Notes: a model not told the origin generated them from the sequence alone. DNA of 32,000 bases from Candidatus Heimdallarchaeota archaeon (GCA_030614005.1 JAUWKS010000017.1:26214-58213); one strand, 5' to 3'; shown: positions 18,164-27,373, numbered from the stretch's first letter. Translations and numbers: made by a program.

Positions 18164-18943
18164 TTGATCACTCATATACTTAATAACACAAGAGAATTAC
18201 AAAAAACACTATCAAATTGGCTTGATGAAAACTATGATGAGAAATTATTAGAGAATCAGAGAGTTTTTATTAAACCAAATATGGGGTACCCAAAACCAGC
18301 ACCATTTACTACATCAATTGATATTATTACTAGTACGATAAAAGTTCTAGCAAATGCTCATGCAGAAGAAATAACAATTGCAGAAGGATCTACTAGCAAA
18401 TCATCAGCGATAGATAATTTTCGGATAACAGGTCTTATCGATGCGCTAGAGGAATATGATGTGAATTTCATCGATATTGATACTTACGAGAATTCAGAAG
18501 TTGTCTTAGATTCAGGTGTAAAACACTATCTCCCCAAGTATTTGCAACAAATGAATCTAAGAATTTCTATGCCAGTAATCAAATTTTATGACGACGATGA
18601 AGGAAATACTTTTCTTTCAAATGCAATAAAGAATTTCTTTGGCCTCCCTCAAAAGAAAATGTACAAAATGAATGAAGATTCGTATAAGAGAGATAAACTA
18701 CACAAAGATTTACATAAATCTGTTGCAGAAATCTTTCAAGCAGTGCAAAAGTTTGCTCCTTTTGATTTATACATTTGTGATGGGCTTAACATACTACGTG
18801 GAGAAGCTGAACATGGACAATCAGAAAAATGGGGCAAAATTCTCTTCTCAGATGATGCTATAAATGTGGACCTGAAAGTTCTTGAAATTTTGAATAAAAA
18901 GCAACCTCGATACTTTGAGCATTTACTTGAAAGCAAAAAATAA
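18164..18943 (+). CDS. DUF362-domain protein
   Basis: VFIKPN, FTT, IAEGS, AIKNFFG, LYICDG. No fused ferredoxin domain. Confidence 0.7.
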   Translation: MITHILNNTRELQKTLSNWLDENYDEKLLENQRVFIKPNMGYPKPAPFTTSIDIITSTIKVLANAHAEEITIAEGSTSKSSAIDNFRITGLIDALEEYDVNFIDIDTYENSEVVLDSGVKHYLPKYLQQMNLRISMPVIKFYDDDEGNTFLSNAIKNFFGLPQKKMYKMNEDSYKRDKLHKDLHKSVAEIFQAVQKFAPFDLYICDGLNILRGEAEHGQSEKWGKILFSDDAINVDLKVLEILNKKQPRYFEHLLESKK

Positions 18944-18986
18944 AGAGAAAGAATGACAACCAAATATTAGTTGTAAATCATTTTTA

Positions 18987-20135
18987 TTAGCCAGCAGTTA
19001 AGGATAATAAATGTGGACCTGAAGCGTCATTTCCTGGGTCTACGAAAGTTATGAATTGAATATATTTGTAATAATCGAGATAGAATCCTGCTGTATGGGT
19101 ATGAATGGGTTGACCTGGTGAATCAGATTGATAACCCAAATCGATTTCTGTTATCAATCCACTTGGAGCAGAGATACAAACATCTCCTGGGTTTGAGTTA
19201 TACCACCAATCATCAATATATTCGTGACCCATCTCCCAAATAGAGGAGGTGCCATCTGTATACGTAATATTAAGAGTTAATGCAGTTGCTCCTACTGGAA
19301 ACTCATCACCCCATGACCCGGCTAATCCTAAAAGAAAGAACTTTCTAGCTTTGAAAGGATTACTCGTTCTATTTATTTGTTGAACAGTTGGTTGTCCGGT
19401 TAAATTACCATTTGTTGAATGAAAAATAACTATTTTACCTGTAATATAAAATGGCACATAGGATGTTTCATTTATTACTGGCAAATAAACAGATTGACCT
19501 TCAAACAAAGGACCAAATTCATCTCCACCATTAGTATTATAATTATTTGAAGGCCAACCAGGTACATCAATTGATCCTTCTAAACCCCATGCTTGTAAAT
19601 CAAAAGACTCAAAATCAGACAATAGGTCAGAGAAATCAGCCTCATCATTTAGCAATTTCCAATTGCTAATATAGGCATACTTTTGCCCTTTGTATTCGAT
19701 TTCTAACCTATAATACGTTTGTTCAGCTATGGACAACACAATTTGATCGGTTCCATTAACAATCATTTCCTTTGGGCTTGAAGGAGCGACCATATTATCA
19801 TTAGGATTTTTCAGACCCCAAGCTTCGTGTCTAGTCCATTGACTTTGAGTACCAAGGAGACCTTTTGGAACAGACCAAACATGAATATTCAAAATCTCAA
19901 TATTGTTTGTTCCGCCATTTGTAACTATAATTTTGATCTCATCGTATCTCGAATCTTTGTCTGTATCTCTAACGCTTTTCACAAAAGCAAAGAGCTGTGT
20001 ATTATTAAAATATGGGATGACTACAAAGTAGACTAATGCAATTGATGAAACAGTTAAAGCTATAAGTAAAATAGTTGCAATAACAGGACTTATTGCTTTT
20101 CTTTTTCTAATAATTTTTTTCAATGTTTTAAGCAT
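18987..20135 (-). CDS. Large type IV pilin/archaellin-like protein, paralogue A
   Basis: Class III signal peptide RKRKA/ISPVIATILLIALTV, GGTGA upstream, DxDxD motif (DTDKD), and a large C-terminal beta domain. Confidence 0.8.
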   Translation of the reverse strand: MLKTLKKIIRKRKAISPVIATILLIALTVSSIALVYFVVIPYFNNTQLFAFVKSVRDTDKDSRYDEIKIIVTNGGTNNIEILNIHVWSVPKGLLGTQSQWTRHEAWGLKNPNDNMVAPSSPKEMIVNGTDQIVLSIAEQTYYRLEIEYKGQKYAYISNWKLLNDEADFSDLLSDFESFDLQAWGLEGSIDVPGWPSNNYNTNGGDEFGPLFEGQSVYLPVINETSYVPFYITGKIVIFHSTNGNLTGQPTVQQINRTSNPFKARKFFLLGLAGSWGDEFPVGATALTLNITYTDGTSSIWEMGHEYIDDWWYNSNPGDVCISAPSGLITEIDLGYQSDSPGQPIHTHTAGFYLDYYKYIQFITFVDPGNDASGPHLLSLTAG

Positions 20136-20297
20136 AAGGGGGTCACCATTAGACTTTGGGATATGATATTTTAAACATTATTAGATTACACTATTATTAT
20201 ATTTACTACTAAAATAAATCCTTTCGCCTTGAGGTATATAAAAAAAAAGAAGATTATTTTTGAGCTCGCTAATGAATTTCAAGCTCAAAAAAGCTAT

Positions 20298-21449
20298 TTA
20301 TCCAAAGGTTAACGATAGTAAATGTGGACCAGAGTCATCATTGTCAGGATCTGTAAAGGTAATTGATTTGACGTATTTAAAGTAATCAAAGTAGAAACGC
20401 GTTGAATGAGTATGAATATGTGCTCCTGAGCTACTTCCCTCTATTTGCCTTCCTAAATCTAATTCAGTTATCTTACCACCAGGTGCTGAAATACAAACAC
20501 CTCCTGGATTAGAACCATAATACCAATCATCGATATAATCATGACCCAGAAGAAAAGAAACATACGTATTGTCAGTATATTCAAATGTAACATTCAGAGC
20601 CCAACTAGATGCAGGAAACTCATCACCCCATGACCCAGTTAATCCCAAGATAAAGAATTTTTTAGCTCTAAAAGGTGTAGAAGAGAAATCTATTTTCTGT
20701 TGAGGTTCTCTAACAAAATCAGCATTATCAGATGGAAAAATGACAATCTCATTAGTTACCAAAAAGGGAATATATTGTGTTTCATTTAATACTGGCAAGA
20801 GATTTATTGACTGATTAACCAATTGATAATCACCAGTATCGTCAGTATAATAATTATTTGGGTTATTTTCTTCATCATCAACTGTACCACCAAAACCAGC
20901 AGCAGTTAAATTAAAAGTTTCAAAACCAGAAAGCAAATCACTTAAATCTAGAAAGTCTTCACTTACTCTGACCCAGTCAGTTACAAGTGCATTTTTCATC
21001 CCAAGATATTCGATTTCCAATCTAAAATATGTTATCTCATAAATAGATAAACCAATTTGCGAGGTTCCACTTAGTTTCACAAAATCAACTTCAGATGGTT
21101 GAATAAGCGATTCTGTTGGAGTATCAAATGTCCATCCTGTATGAGAAAGCCAAAGAGCTTGGTTTTGAATTTCAGTTTGAGCACAGGTCCAAATAGTTAT
21201 TTGTGTAATATTGATATTTTTGGTTCCAGAGTTAACAAACTGAATTTCTATTTGATTATATAATGAATCCCTATCTGTATCAGATATTTTTACTACGCTA
21301 GCATCAAGTTTAGTTGTATTGAATATTGGAACAACAACAAAATAAACAATTGCTGCTGCTGCAACTGTAAGCGCTATTAATAATATTGTAGCAACAACTG
21401 GACTTATTGCTTTTCTTCGAGTGTAGAGTCTTTTTATCTTCTTGATCAT
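20298..21449 (-). CDS. Large type IV pilin/archaellin-like protein, paralogue B
   Basis: RRKA/ISPVVATILLIALTV and DTDRD. Colinear with paralogue A, sharing GSWGDEFP, YIDDW.Y.SNPG.VCISAP.G.ITE.DLG and SGPHLLSLT.G. Confidence 0.8.
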   Translation of the reverse strand: MIKKIKRLYTRRKAISPVVATILLIALTVAAAAIVYFVVVPIFNTTKLDASVVKISDTDRDSLYNQIEIQFVNSGTKNINITQITIWTCAQTEIQNQALWLSHTGWTFDTPTESLIQPSEVDFVKLSGTSQIGLSIYEITYFRLEIEYLGMKNALVTDWVRVSEDFLDLSDLLSGFETFNLTAAGFGGTVDDEENNPNNYYTDDTGDYQLVNQSINLLPVLNETQYIPFLVTNEIVIFPSDNADFVREPQQKIDFSSTPFRAKKFFILGLTGSWGDEFPASSWALNVTFEYTDNTYVSFLLGHDYIDDWYYGSNPGGVCISAPGGKITELDLGRQIEGSSSGAHIHTHSTRFYFDYFKYVKSITFTDPDNDDSGPHLLSLTFG

Positions 21450-21579
21450 TTATAGATACCACCAATAAATTAGCATAATCGTTTATAGCAGTTCGTTCTA
21501 TAAATATATTACACACTACTTCAAAATAAACTCTTCTAATAATGATAGTGTCTTGATGTAAAAACTTCTGAATAAAAAT

Positions 21580-22263
21580 TCATTTTTCTGCAATTATGAA
21601 TAAATTGTGCAATGACTTTTTACTGGAAACGATTCTTAAATTTGCGTTTAGAATTAAATCTTCTAATTCTTGTTTCTCGAATAGATAGTAATATCTCATT
21701 ATTTTTGTTTTGTCAGGCATTGTCCATGGAACAAGAACGTCCTTTTCTCCTTGATCAATGATTTCCTTCAAATCTTCCTTTTCAAATCTAGGATGAGTTC
21801 TTAACCAGCAACTTACGAGCACACGTCCCTTACTTTGCATTATTCGAACAACTTCTTGAAGAGCTTGTTTTCTTTTCTCTTGACTATCCAAATGGTGAAA
21901 AACAGCTATCATTACAATGCGATTAAAAGATTCATCCTTAAAAGGTAAAGAATCAATATCAGCATTAATTACACCTGATAGAAGTTCTGTTACAGAAGAG
22001 AGCTCATTTTTTAATGCTGTTTTCAAAATGTTAAAGGAGATATCCATGCCAATAGTGTCTATTCCTTTTTCCAAAAATATTCTTGAATGACGTCCATTTC
22101 CACAACCTAAATCTAACGCTAGATTGTTTGTGTCTATTGTATCAATAAACTCCGTAACATCCCCCCACGGTGCTTTTCTTTTAGTATCAAAACTTACAGC
22201 AATCTGATCATACACTTTTGAGATGGGTTGATATTCTTTTGATTTTTCTTCGGGAGGAGTCAT
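21580..22263 (-). CDS. trm9: Trm9/ALKBH8-like class I SAM methyltransferase (tRNA U34 carboxymethyl methyltransferase-like)
   Basis: VYDQIAVSFD.KR.APW, LDLGCGNGRH, IAVFHHL, DVLVPW and RYYYLF...ELE parallel Trm9/ALKBH8 motifs. The start is uncertain (22263, 22272 or 22293). Confidence 0.65.
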   Translation of the reverse strand: MTPPEEKSKEYQPISKVYDQIAVSFDTKRKAPWGDVTEFIDTIDTNNLALDLGCGNGRHSRIFLEKGIDTIGMDISFNILKTALKNELSSVTELLSGVINADIDSLPFKDESFNRIVMIAVFHHLDSQEKRKQALQEVVRIMQSKGRVLVSCWLRTHPRFEKEDLKEIIDQGEKDVLVPWTMPDKTKIMRYYYLFEKQELEDLILNANLRIVSSKKSLHNLFIIAEK

Positions 22264-22376
22264 TTGTAACATGAAAACCTTAGCAATGTTCATTTTAAAT
22301 TATTTGTTGTTAAAAGGGTGTAAATTACATTTGATATAAAACAATATACTTAAGTTACTTTTTCCATAGTCTTACT

Positions 22377-22446
22377 TGGCAATGATGTGACGTACGGTCT
22401 CGCTAGTCTGTGCTGACAATGATCGAAATCTGGGGTAACTGAGCCA
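22377..22446 (+). ncRNA. Box C/D methylation-guide sRNA (dual guide)
   Basis: Terminal stem TGGC(22377-80)/GCCA(22443-46); C box ATGATGT(22382-88); D' CTGA(22413-16); C' ATGATCG(22419-25); D CTGA(22439-42). It is a GC-richer island in an AT-rich intergenic region, and both guides are complementary to recalled conserved 23S rRNA sequence. Confidence 0.8.
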
Positions 22447-22543
22447 TTATTACATTTTGAGAACAATCAAATAACAGTAGAAAAAATAATAACCTAACTT
22501 TACTAATTAATTTTTAATCTAAAATACGAAGAGCTGATTATCA

Positions 22544-23563
22544 TTGGCAAAACCTTTCAAAGTAATTCAAGTCGGATTTGGACCCATGGGTCAATTAGTA
22601 ACAAAATTGCTTTTAAAACGAAAAAATATCGAACTAGTTGGAATTATTGATATAGCCAAAGAATTTCAAGAAAAGAAAATTAGTGAATTTTTGGGTGCAG
22701 ATATAGACTCTGATCTTAATGTCACTTCTGATCTTGAACGGGTTCTAACTAAGGATATTGATGTGGTGATTATTGCTACCTCATCGTTCTTTGAAAAAAT
22801 TGCTCCAATGATACTTGAAATTGTAGGCGTTGGAGTAAATGTTATTTCACTTTGTGAACAATTGGCTTATCCTTTTGACTTTCATCCTGAACTTTCGAAA
22901 AAAGTCAATACTGCTGCTAAGAAACAAAATGCAACCGTTGTTGGTACTGGTATTAACCCCGGTTACTTAATGGAGCTTTTACCTATTATGTTAACTGCAC
23001 CTTGTGAGGTAGTAGAAAAAATAACTATTACACGAATGATGAATTCAAGTAAGAGAAGAATACCATTCCAAGTGAAAATAGGTACCGGATTAAATGAAGA
23101 AAAATTCGAGAAAAAAATGTCCGAAAAGAAAATCACATGCCATGTTGGTCTTGAAGAATCTATGCAAATGATTAATGCTGCTTTGGGTCTTGAACTTGAT
23201 GAATTCATTGAATTACCTCCTAAAGCAATGATCGCTGAAAAACCATTTGTTTATGATAATATTGAAGTTCCAAAGGGACATGTTTGTGGTTTACATAGTC
23301 AAGGCATAGCCAAAAAAGACGGGAAAGAAATTTTGAAGCTTGATTTCATTGCTTATTCAGGTGATCACGAAGAATTTGATAGTATTGAAATCATTGGAAT
23401 ACCAAACATTAAGCAAATAATCAAAGGCGGAGTTCATGGTGATGTTGGAACGGCTTCAATGGTTGTCAATTTAATCCCCAAAGTAGTAAAAGCAAGGAGT
23501 GGATTACTTACAATGATAGATTTACCTGTTCCTTGTAACACTGCAAATATTTGGAAAGAATAA
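22544..23563 (+). CDS. NAD(P)-dependent dehydrogenase, 2,4-diaminopentanoate dehydrogenase (Ord)/DapB-related family
   Basis: Rossmann VIQVGFGPMG, GVNVISLCEQL, GTGINPG, HVGLEES, GGVHGDVGT. Confidence 0.7.
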   Translation: MAKPFKVIQVGFGPMGQLVTKLLLKRKNIELVGIIDIAKEFQEKKISEFLGADIDSDLNVTSDLERVLTKDIDVVIIATSSFFEKIAPMILEIVGVGVNVISLCEQLAYPFDFHPELSKKVNTAAKKQNATVVGTGINPGYLMELLPIMLTAPCEVVEKITITRMMNSSKRRIPFQVKIGTGLNEEKFEKKMSEKKITCHVGLEESMQMINAALGLELDEFIELPPKAMIAEKPFVYDNIEVPKGHVCGLHSQGIAKKDGKEILKLDFIAYSGDHEEFDSIEIIGIPNIKQIIKGGVHGDVGTASMVVNLIPKVVKARSGLLTMIDLPVPCNTANIWKE

Positions 23564-23622
23564 TCTACTTGAATATACTTCTCTAGAGATTCGATTTCCT
23601 CTCGAGAAGATATCACTCTTTT

Positions 23623-24885
23623 TCAAAATTGAATCGTTGGGAGCAATTTAAATGCTAATTTAATCACAGCGGGATCTTTAAGCAACGATAAAATTATTTC
23701 AGCTTGACTATCGATGTCGCCTTTCTCTTCTATCAATTTTCCCAAGTCATTTTCAACTGCGGTTTCAAATGCTCTATTAAATGCTTCATCAGTCATTCTG
23801 TTTAGCAACCACCTAAATAGAGACATCGCTTTTAACTGATTTCTTAGAATAGCTTTCCACTGTGTATCATATTTTTTCAAAAATTTACTACTATTATTAT
23901 TCTTTTGAATAGCTAACGAAGCAACTTGCCCAGCAATTATTCCTGCTAATCCACCGGTGATAACCCCTCCGCCTGTTGTTGCTTTTGTTTGCCCTGCAGC
24001 ATCACCTGCAACCATAACTCCGTTTGTTGAAGTTTTTTTCATTAAACCACTTACAATCACTTCACCGCCGTATTTTTTGATAATTTTTGCTTTTTGAAAT
24101 CGGTGTTTTGTGATTGGATACTTTTTCAAGAAATAATTGAGTCGAAAAACAGCATCCTTATCTCTAGTTGCTAAACCAACCTTAGCAGTATTTTCCGAAA
24201 TTGGAATGATCCAGGTAAAGAATCCCGAGGAGATAAAATTGCTAAAGTACATCTCTACAAATTGAGTGTCAAGATCAGAAACATTTTCAATTAAATACTG
24301 AAATCCTGATAATCGATATTTTTTCTTAGGTGGTTGAAATCCAATGCTTTTAGCTAATCTTCCCAATCTTCCTTCAGAAATGATTACTATTGGTGCAGTC
24401 AATGATTTGATAGGGGAGGAAGGTTGTAATTTATTTTTGATTTTCATAGTTATTTTTTTGGTATTATTATTGTATTGAAGGTTAGTTACTTTGGAATTTC
24501 TTAAAATTGTTGCACCGCTGTTTTCTGCTTTTGTTGCTAAATATTGATCAAACAGTGTTCTATCCACAACTAATGCTTGTGTTGAATTTCTTTTCACAGT
24601 TAAGTTTGTACCATCTGGTGAATATATTTTCGCCCCAATTATCTTCTCACTTTGAACTATGGATTTAGGCAAGGAATCTAAACCGATTTTTTTTAGACCT
24701 GTTTTACTTATTAGTCCAGCGCAGTGATCAGGAACACCAATTGTAGCTCTTTGTTCAAGTACGATTACTTCTGCCTTATTTCTACTTGCCTGAATGGCAG
24801 CTAAGGTTCCTATTGGTCCTGCACCAACAATTGCAATATCAGTTTCCAATGAAGATTCCACCTCATTTAGTGAGAATAAATTCAC
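23623..24885 (-). CDS. Geranylgeranyl reductase-family flavoprotein
   Basis: DIAIVGAGPIG, HCAG, DRTLFDQYL, FFTWIIP, AKVGL, GDAAGQTKATTGGGV. Confidence 0.88.
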   Translation of the reverse strand: MNLFSLNEVESSLETDIAIVGAGPIGTLAAIQASRNKAEVIVLEQRATIGVPDHCAGLISKTGLKKIGLDSLPKSIVQSEKIIGAKIYSPDGTNLTVKRNSTQALVVDRTLFDQYLATKAENSGATILRNSKVTNLQYNNNTKKITMKIKNKLQPSSPIKSLTAPIVIISEGRLGRLAKSIGFQPPKKKYRLSGFQYLIENVSDLDTQFVEMYFSNFISSGFFTWIIPISENTAKVGLATRDKDAVFRLNYFLKKYPITKHRFQKAKIIKKYGGEVIVSGLMKKTSTNGVMVAGDAAGQTKATTGGGVITGGLAGIIAGQVASLAIQKNNNSSKFLKKYDTQWKAILRNQLKAMSLFRWLLNRMTDEAFNRAFETAVENDLGKLIEEKGDIDSQAEIILSLLKDPAVIKLAFKLLPTIQF

Positions 24886-24994
24886 GTGCTTCGTTAAAAG
24901 AAATTTGGTACAGTAGATATATTAAGTATAAATTTAAACATTGAAAAGAGTAATAAAGTGTAAATGTTTTTCTAAAATTGCGAGCGAAATAAGA

Positions 24995-25363
24995 ATGAAC
25001 GATATCAACTTTCAATACAAAATGGTAATTGTCATTAGAACTGATTTAAAAATGACCAAAGGCAAAATTGCTGCTCAGGCAAGTCATGCTGCAGTCATTT
25101 GTGTGGAAGAGGCAAAGAGAAACAAACAAAACTGGTTGAAAACTTGGTTCTATGAAGGACAAAAGAAAGTTGTTGTACAGGTTTCTTCAAAAGAGGATTT
25201 AGAATTAGTGTTTCAAAAAGCTCGCAGTAAAAATTTACCTTGTTCATTCATTAATGATGCTGGAATGACTGAACTTCCTCCTGGAACACCGACAGCTGTT
25301 GCTATTGGACCCGCACCAAATAATAATATCGATAATATTACTTCAAATTTGAAATTACTGTAG
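24995..25363 (+). CDS. pth2: Peptidyl-tRNA hydrolase Pth2
   Basis: KMVIVIRTDLKMTKGKIAAQASHA, W...GQKKVV, DAGMTELPPGTPTAVAIGP. The likely start is ATG 24995. Confidence 0.95.
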   Translation: MNDINFQYKMVIVIRTDLKMTKGKIAAQASHAAVICVEEAKRNKQNWLKTWFYEGQKKVVVQVSSKEDLELVFQKARSKNLPCSFINDAGMTELPPGTPTAVAIGPAPNNNIDNITSNLKLL

Positions 25364-25389
25364 AATATCGAAACAGAAGAGGATTACAG

Positions 25390-26658
25390 ATGAACTCAAC
25401 CAATTTACGAGAAAGTCATCCAATAGAGCAGGTAATGGGAATTAAATATTATAGTTCTTTATCGGATGGGATCGGTGGTAAAATTCGTTTTTTCCCGAAA
25501 GATTTCAAGGTAGAAGAAATTTTACCTGATGGAAGAAGAATAAAATTGGATGATGAGAATTTCAGTTTAGGCGAAGATGAACCAGGGCTGTTTACCGAAT
25601 TTATTCTAATAAAAAAAGACATCGAAAGTCATAGGGCACTACACAACATCTGTCGAGCATTAGGTGTGCAGAAAGAAGACATCAATGTTGCAGGTACAAA
25701 AGATAAAACGGCTCACACAGCTCAACATGCAACAATCTGGAAAGTTCCAGGAGAAAAGCTATTGGAATTGCAGCTAAGAGGAATAACGATTCGTTCTCCG
25801 AGAACAACAATTTACAAAACCTATTTAGGAAATCTCGTTGGTAATCATTTTACAATCACTATTCGAGAATGTCCAGATGAATTTGAAGAAATCCAGAGAA
25901 GAATTACTGCAATTACTAAAGAAATTGAAGAGTTTGGTGGAGTAGCTAATTATTTTGGTCATCAACGGTTTGGCTCGAAAAGACCAATTTCTCATAAAGT
26001 TGGTCGAGAGATCTTATTAGGAAATATGAAAGAAGCAATTTGGATGTATCTAACAGACATTTCTGAAAATGAACATGAAAAAACCACGAGCACAAGAAAA
26101 AAATTACTCGAGACAAATGATTATGCAACTTGTATGGCAGAATTTCCTCCTGAGATGATGTTTGAAAAAAATATTCTGCGTCATCTAACAAAATATCCAA
26201 ATAATTTTCAAGGTGCTTTCAACAGCATTCCTAAGAACCTTCGAAGAATGTTCATACACGCGTATCAATCATTTATCTGGAATTCAATGTTATCAGAAAG
26301 GATGAAAAATGATGGAAATGTTCGACCTAAGAAAGACGATATCTATTTGGATAGTGGTGTAGTTCAACCAATAATTGGTTATGATACTGATCTTACGGAC
26401 AATCGATTAAATGATTTTCTAAAAGAGCTATTAGAGAAAGATGGACTCACTCTTGAGCATTTTAGACTACCACATATTCCAAATATGAAATTTGCTGGAA
26501 CAAACAGACGTATAGATATACGCCCTGAAAATTGGTCTGTTAATTTTGCTGAAAATGAAGGTGATAAATTTGTTAACAAGCAATTCTCCTTAAAACGAGG
26601 ATCTTATGCAACAATAATTTTGAGAGAATTTATGAAAGTTTCACCTATTTACTACTAG
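25390..26658 (+). CDS. truD: tRNA pseudouridine(13) synthase TruD/Pus7
   Basis: DFKVEE, AGTKDK.A.T.Q, LVGNHFTI, NYFGHQRFG, HAYQSFIWN, F.LKRGSYAT.ILREFMK. Confidence 0.95.
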   Translation: MNSTNLRESHPIEQVMGIKYYSSLSDGIGGKIRFFPKDFKVEEILPDGRRIKLDDENFSLGEDEPGLFTEFILIKKDIESHRALHNICRALGVQKEDINVAGTKDKTAHTAQHATIWKVPGEKLLELQLRGITIRSPRTTIYKTYLGNLVGNHFTITIRECPDEFEEIQRRITAITKEIEEFGGVANYFGHQRFGSKRPISHKVGREILLGNMKEAIWMYLTDISENEHEKTTSTRKKLLETNDYATCMAEFPPEMMFEKNILRHLTKYPNNFQGAFNSIPKNLRRMFIHAYQSFIWNSMLSERMKNDGNVRPKKDDIYLDSGVVQPIIGYDTDLTDNRLNDFLKELLEKDGLTLEHFRLPHIPNMKFAGTNRRIDIRPENWSVNFAENEGDKFVNKQFSLKRGSYATIILREFMKVSPIYY

Positions 26659-26691
26659 GGAAAAACAGAGAGTGTTTTTTATAAACACTTT

Positions 26692-27225
26692 CTAACGAAA
26701 TTCTGTTCGTATTTCTTCTCCAGTAAGAAGTTTTACTAATTTTTTTAATTCTTTTAACGTGCTTGGAAGATTTTCTTCATCATCAGCTGAAATAACAACT
26801 ACCATTTCTTCTTCTATAGAAGGTTGTCCGGGTTTTGCATTACGAGTTGGTACAAAAAGAGTGTTTATCCCTGTAATCACTGCAGGTGCGAAAATCTCAT
26901 CTATTATTTTTCTTTTGTTCTTTCCTTTTTCCATTATCTTTACAGATTTGTTTAATTTCCGTTCAAGTTGTTTATCAAAGTCTAAAGAACCACCGGTAAG
27001 AAATCTAGTATCACCAGGTGAAACTAATAAAATAATAAAAGTTGGTTGTTCAATAGTTTTAATGATGTTTACTTTGGATGAATGGGGATGAGCTTTTTCA
27101 AATTCAGCAGCTATTTTTGATATTTCAATATCGCTTGGAGAAACCTCTCCGTTATTAACTTTCGTTTGACAATCTTTGCAAAGCATTCCAGTTTGGGCAC
27201 AAAAGGTACAAATCGCTGTTTTCAT
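26692..27225 (-). CDS. Archaeal NusA-like KH-domain protein with N-terminal Cys cluster
   Basis: MKTAICTFCAQTGMLCKDC (likely start ATG 27225), then a KH-like segment (LERKLNKSVKIME...EIFAPAVITGIN). Confidence 0.6.
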   Translation of the reverse strand: MKTAICTFCAQTGMLCKDCQTKVNNGEVSPSDIEISKIAAEFEKAHPHSSKVNIIKTIEQPTFIILLVSPGDTRFLTGGSLDFDKQLERKLNKSVKIMEKGKNKRKIIDEIFAPAVITGINTLFVPTRNAKPGQPSIEEEMVVVISADDEENLPSTLKELKKLVKLLTGEEIRTEFR

Positions 27226-27373
27226 ATTAAAGAGCACCAACAAATTCCTATTGAATATTGTTTATGAACACACCCTCTAGAATTTTTTTACTTATTAAAT
27301 CCTCCGATATTGCATAGCTCGTTTGAGAATAACTAAAAGAAAAAATATTAAAAAATAAAGAGAAAGTGAATGT

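Noticed and set aside
18860-19023. Exact 17-bp direct repeat ATAAATGTGGACCTGAA at 18860-18876 and 19007-19023, near the edge of the pilin pair
   Set aside because: Both copies lie inside intact coding sequences on opposite strands. They do not flank a recognisable element and there is no integrase or transposase. Most likely chance in AT-rich DNA.
21541-21572. ATGATAG...CTGA, a possible second C/D-like element
   Set aside because: No internal D'/C' pair, no terminal stem, and an AT-rich spacer with no recognisable rRNA complement.
21580-22263. SAM methyltransferase considered as bacillithiol N-methyltransferase (NmbA)
   Set aside because: It lies about 16 kb from the bsh operon, and its motifs (APW, IAVFHHL, VPW, RYYYLF) fit Trm9/ALKBH8.
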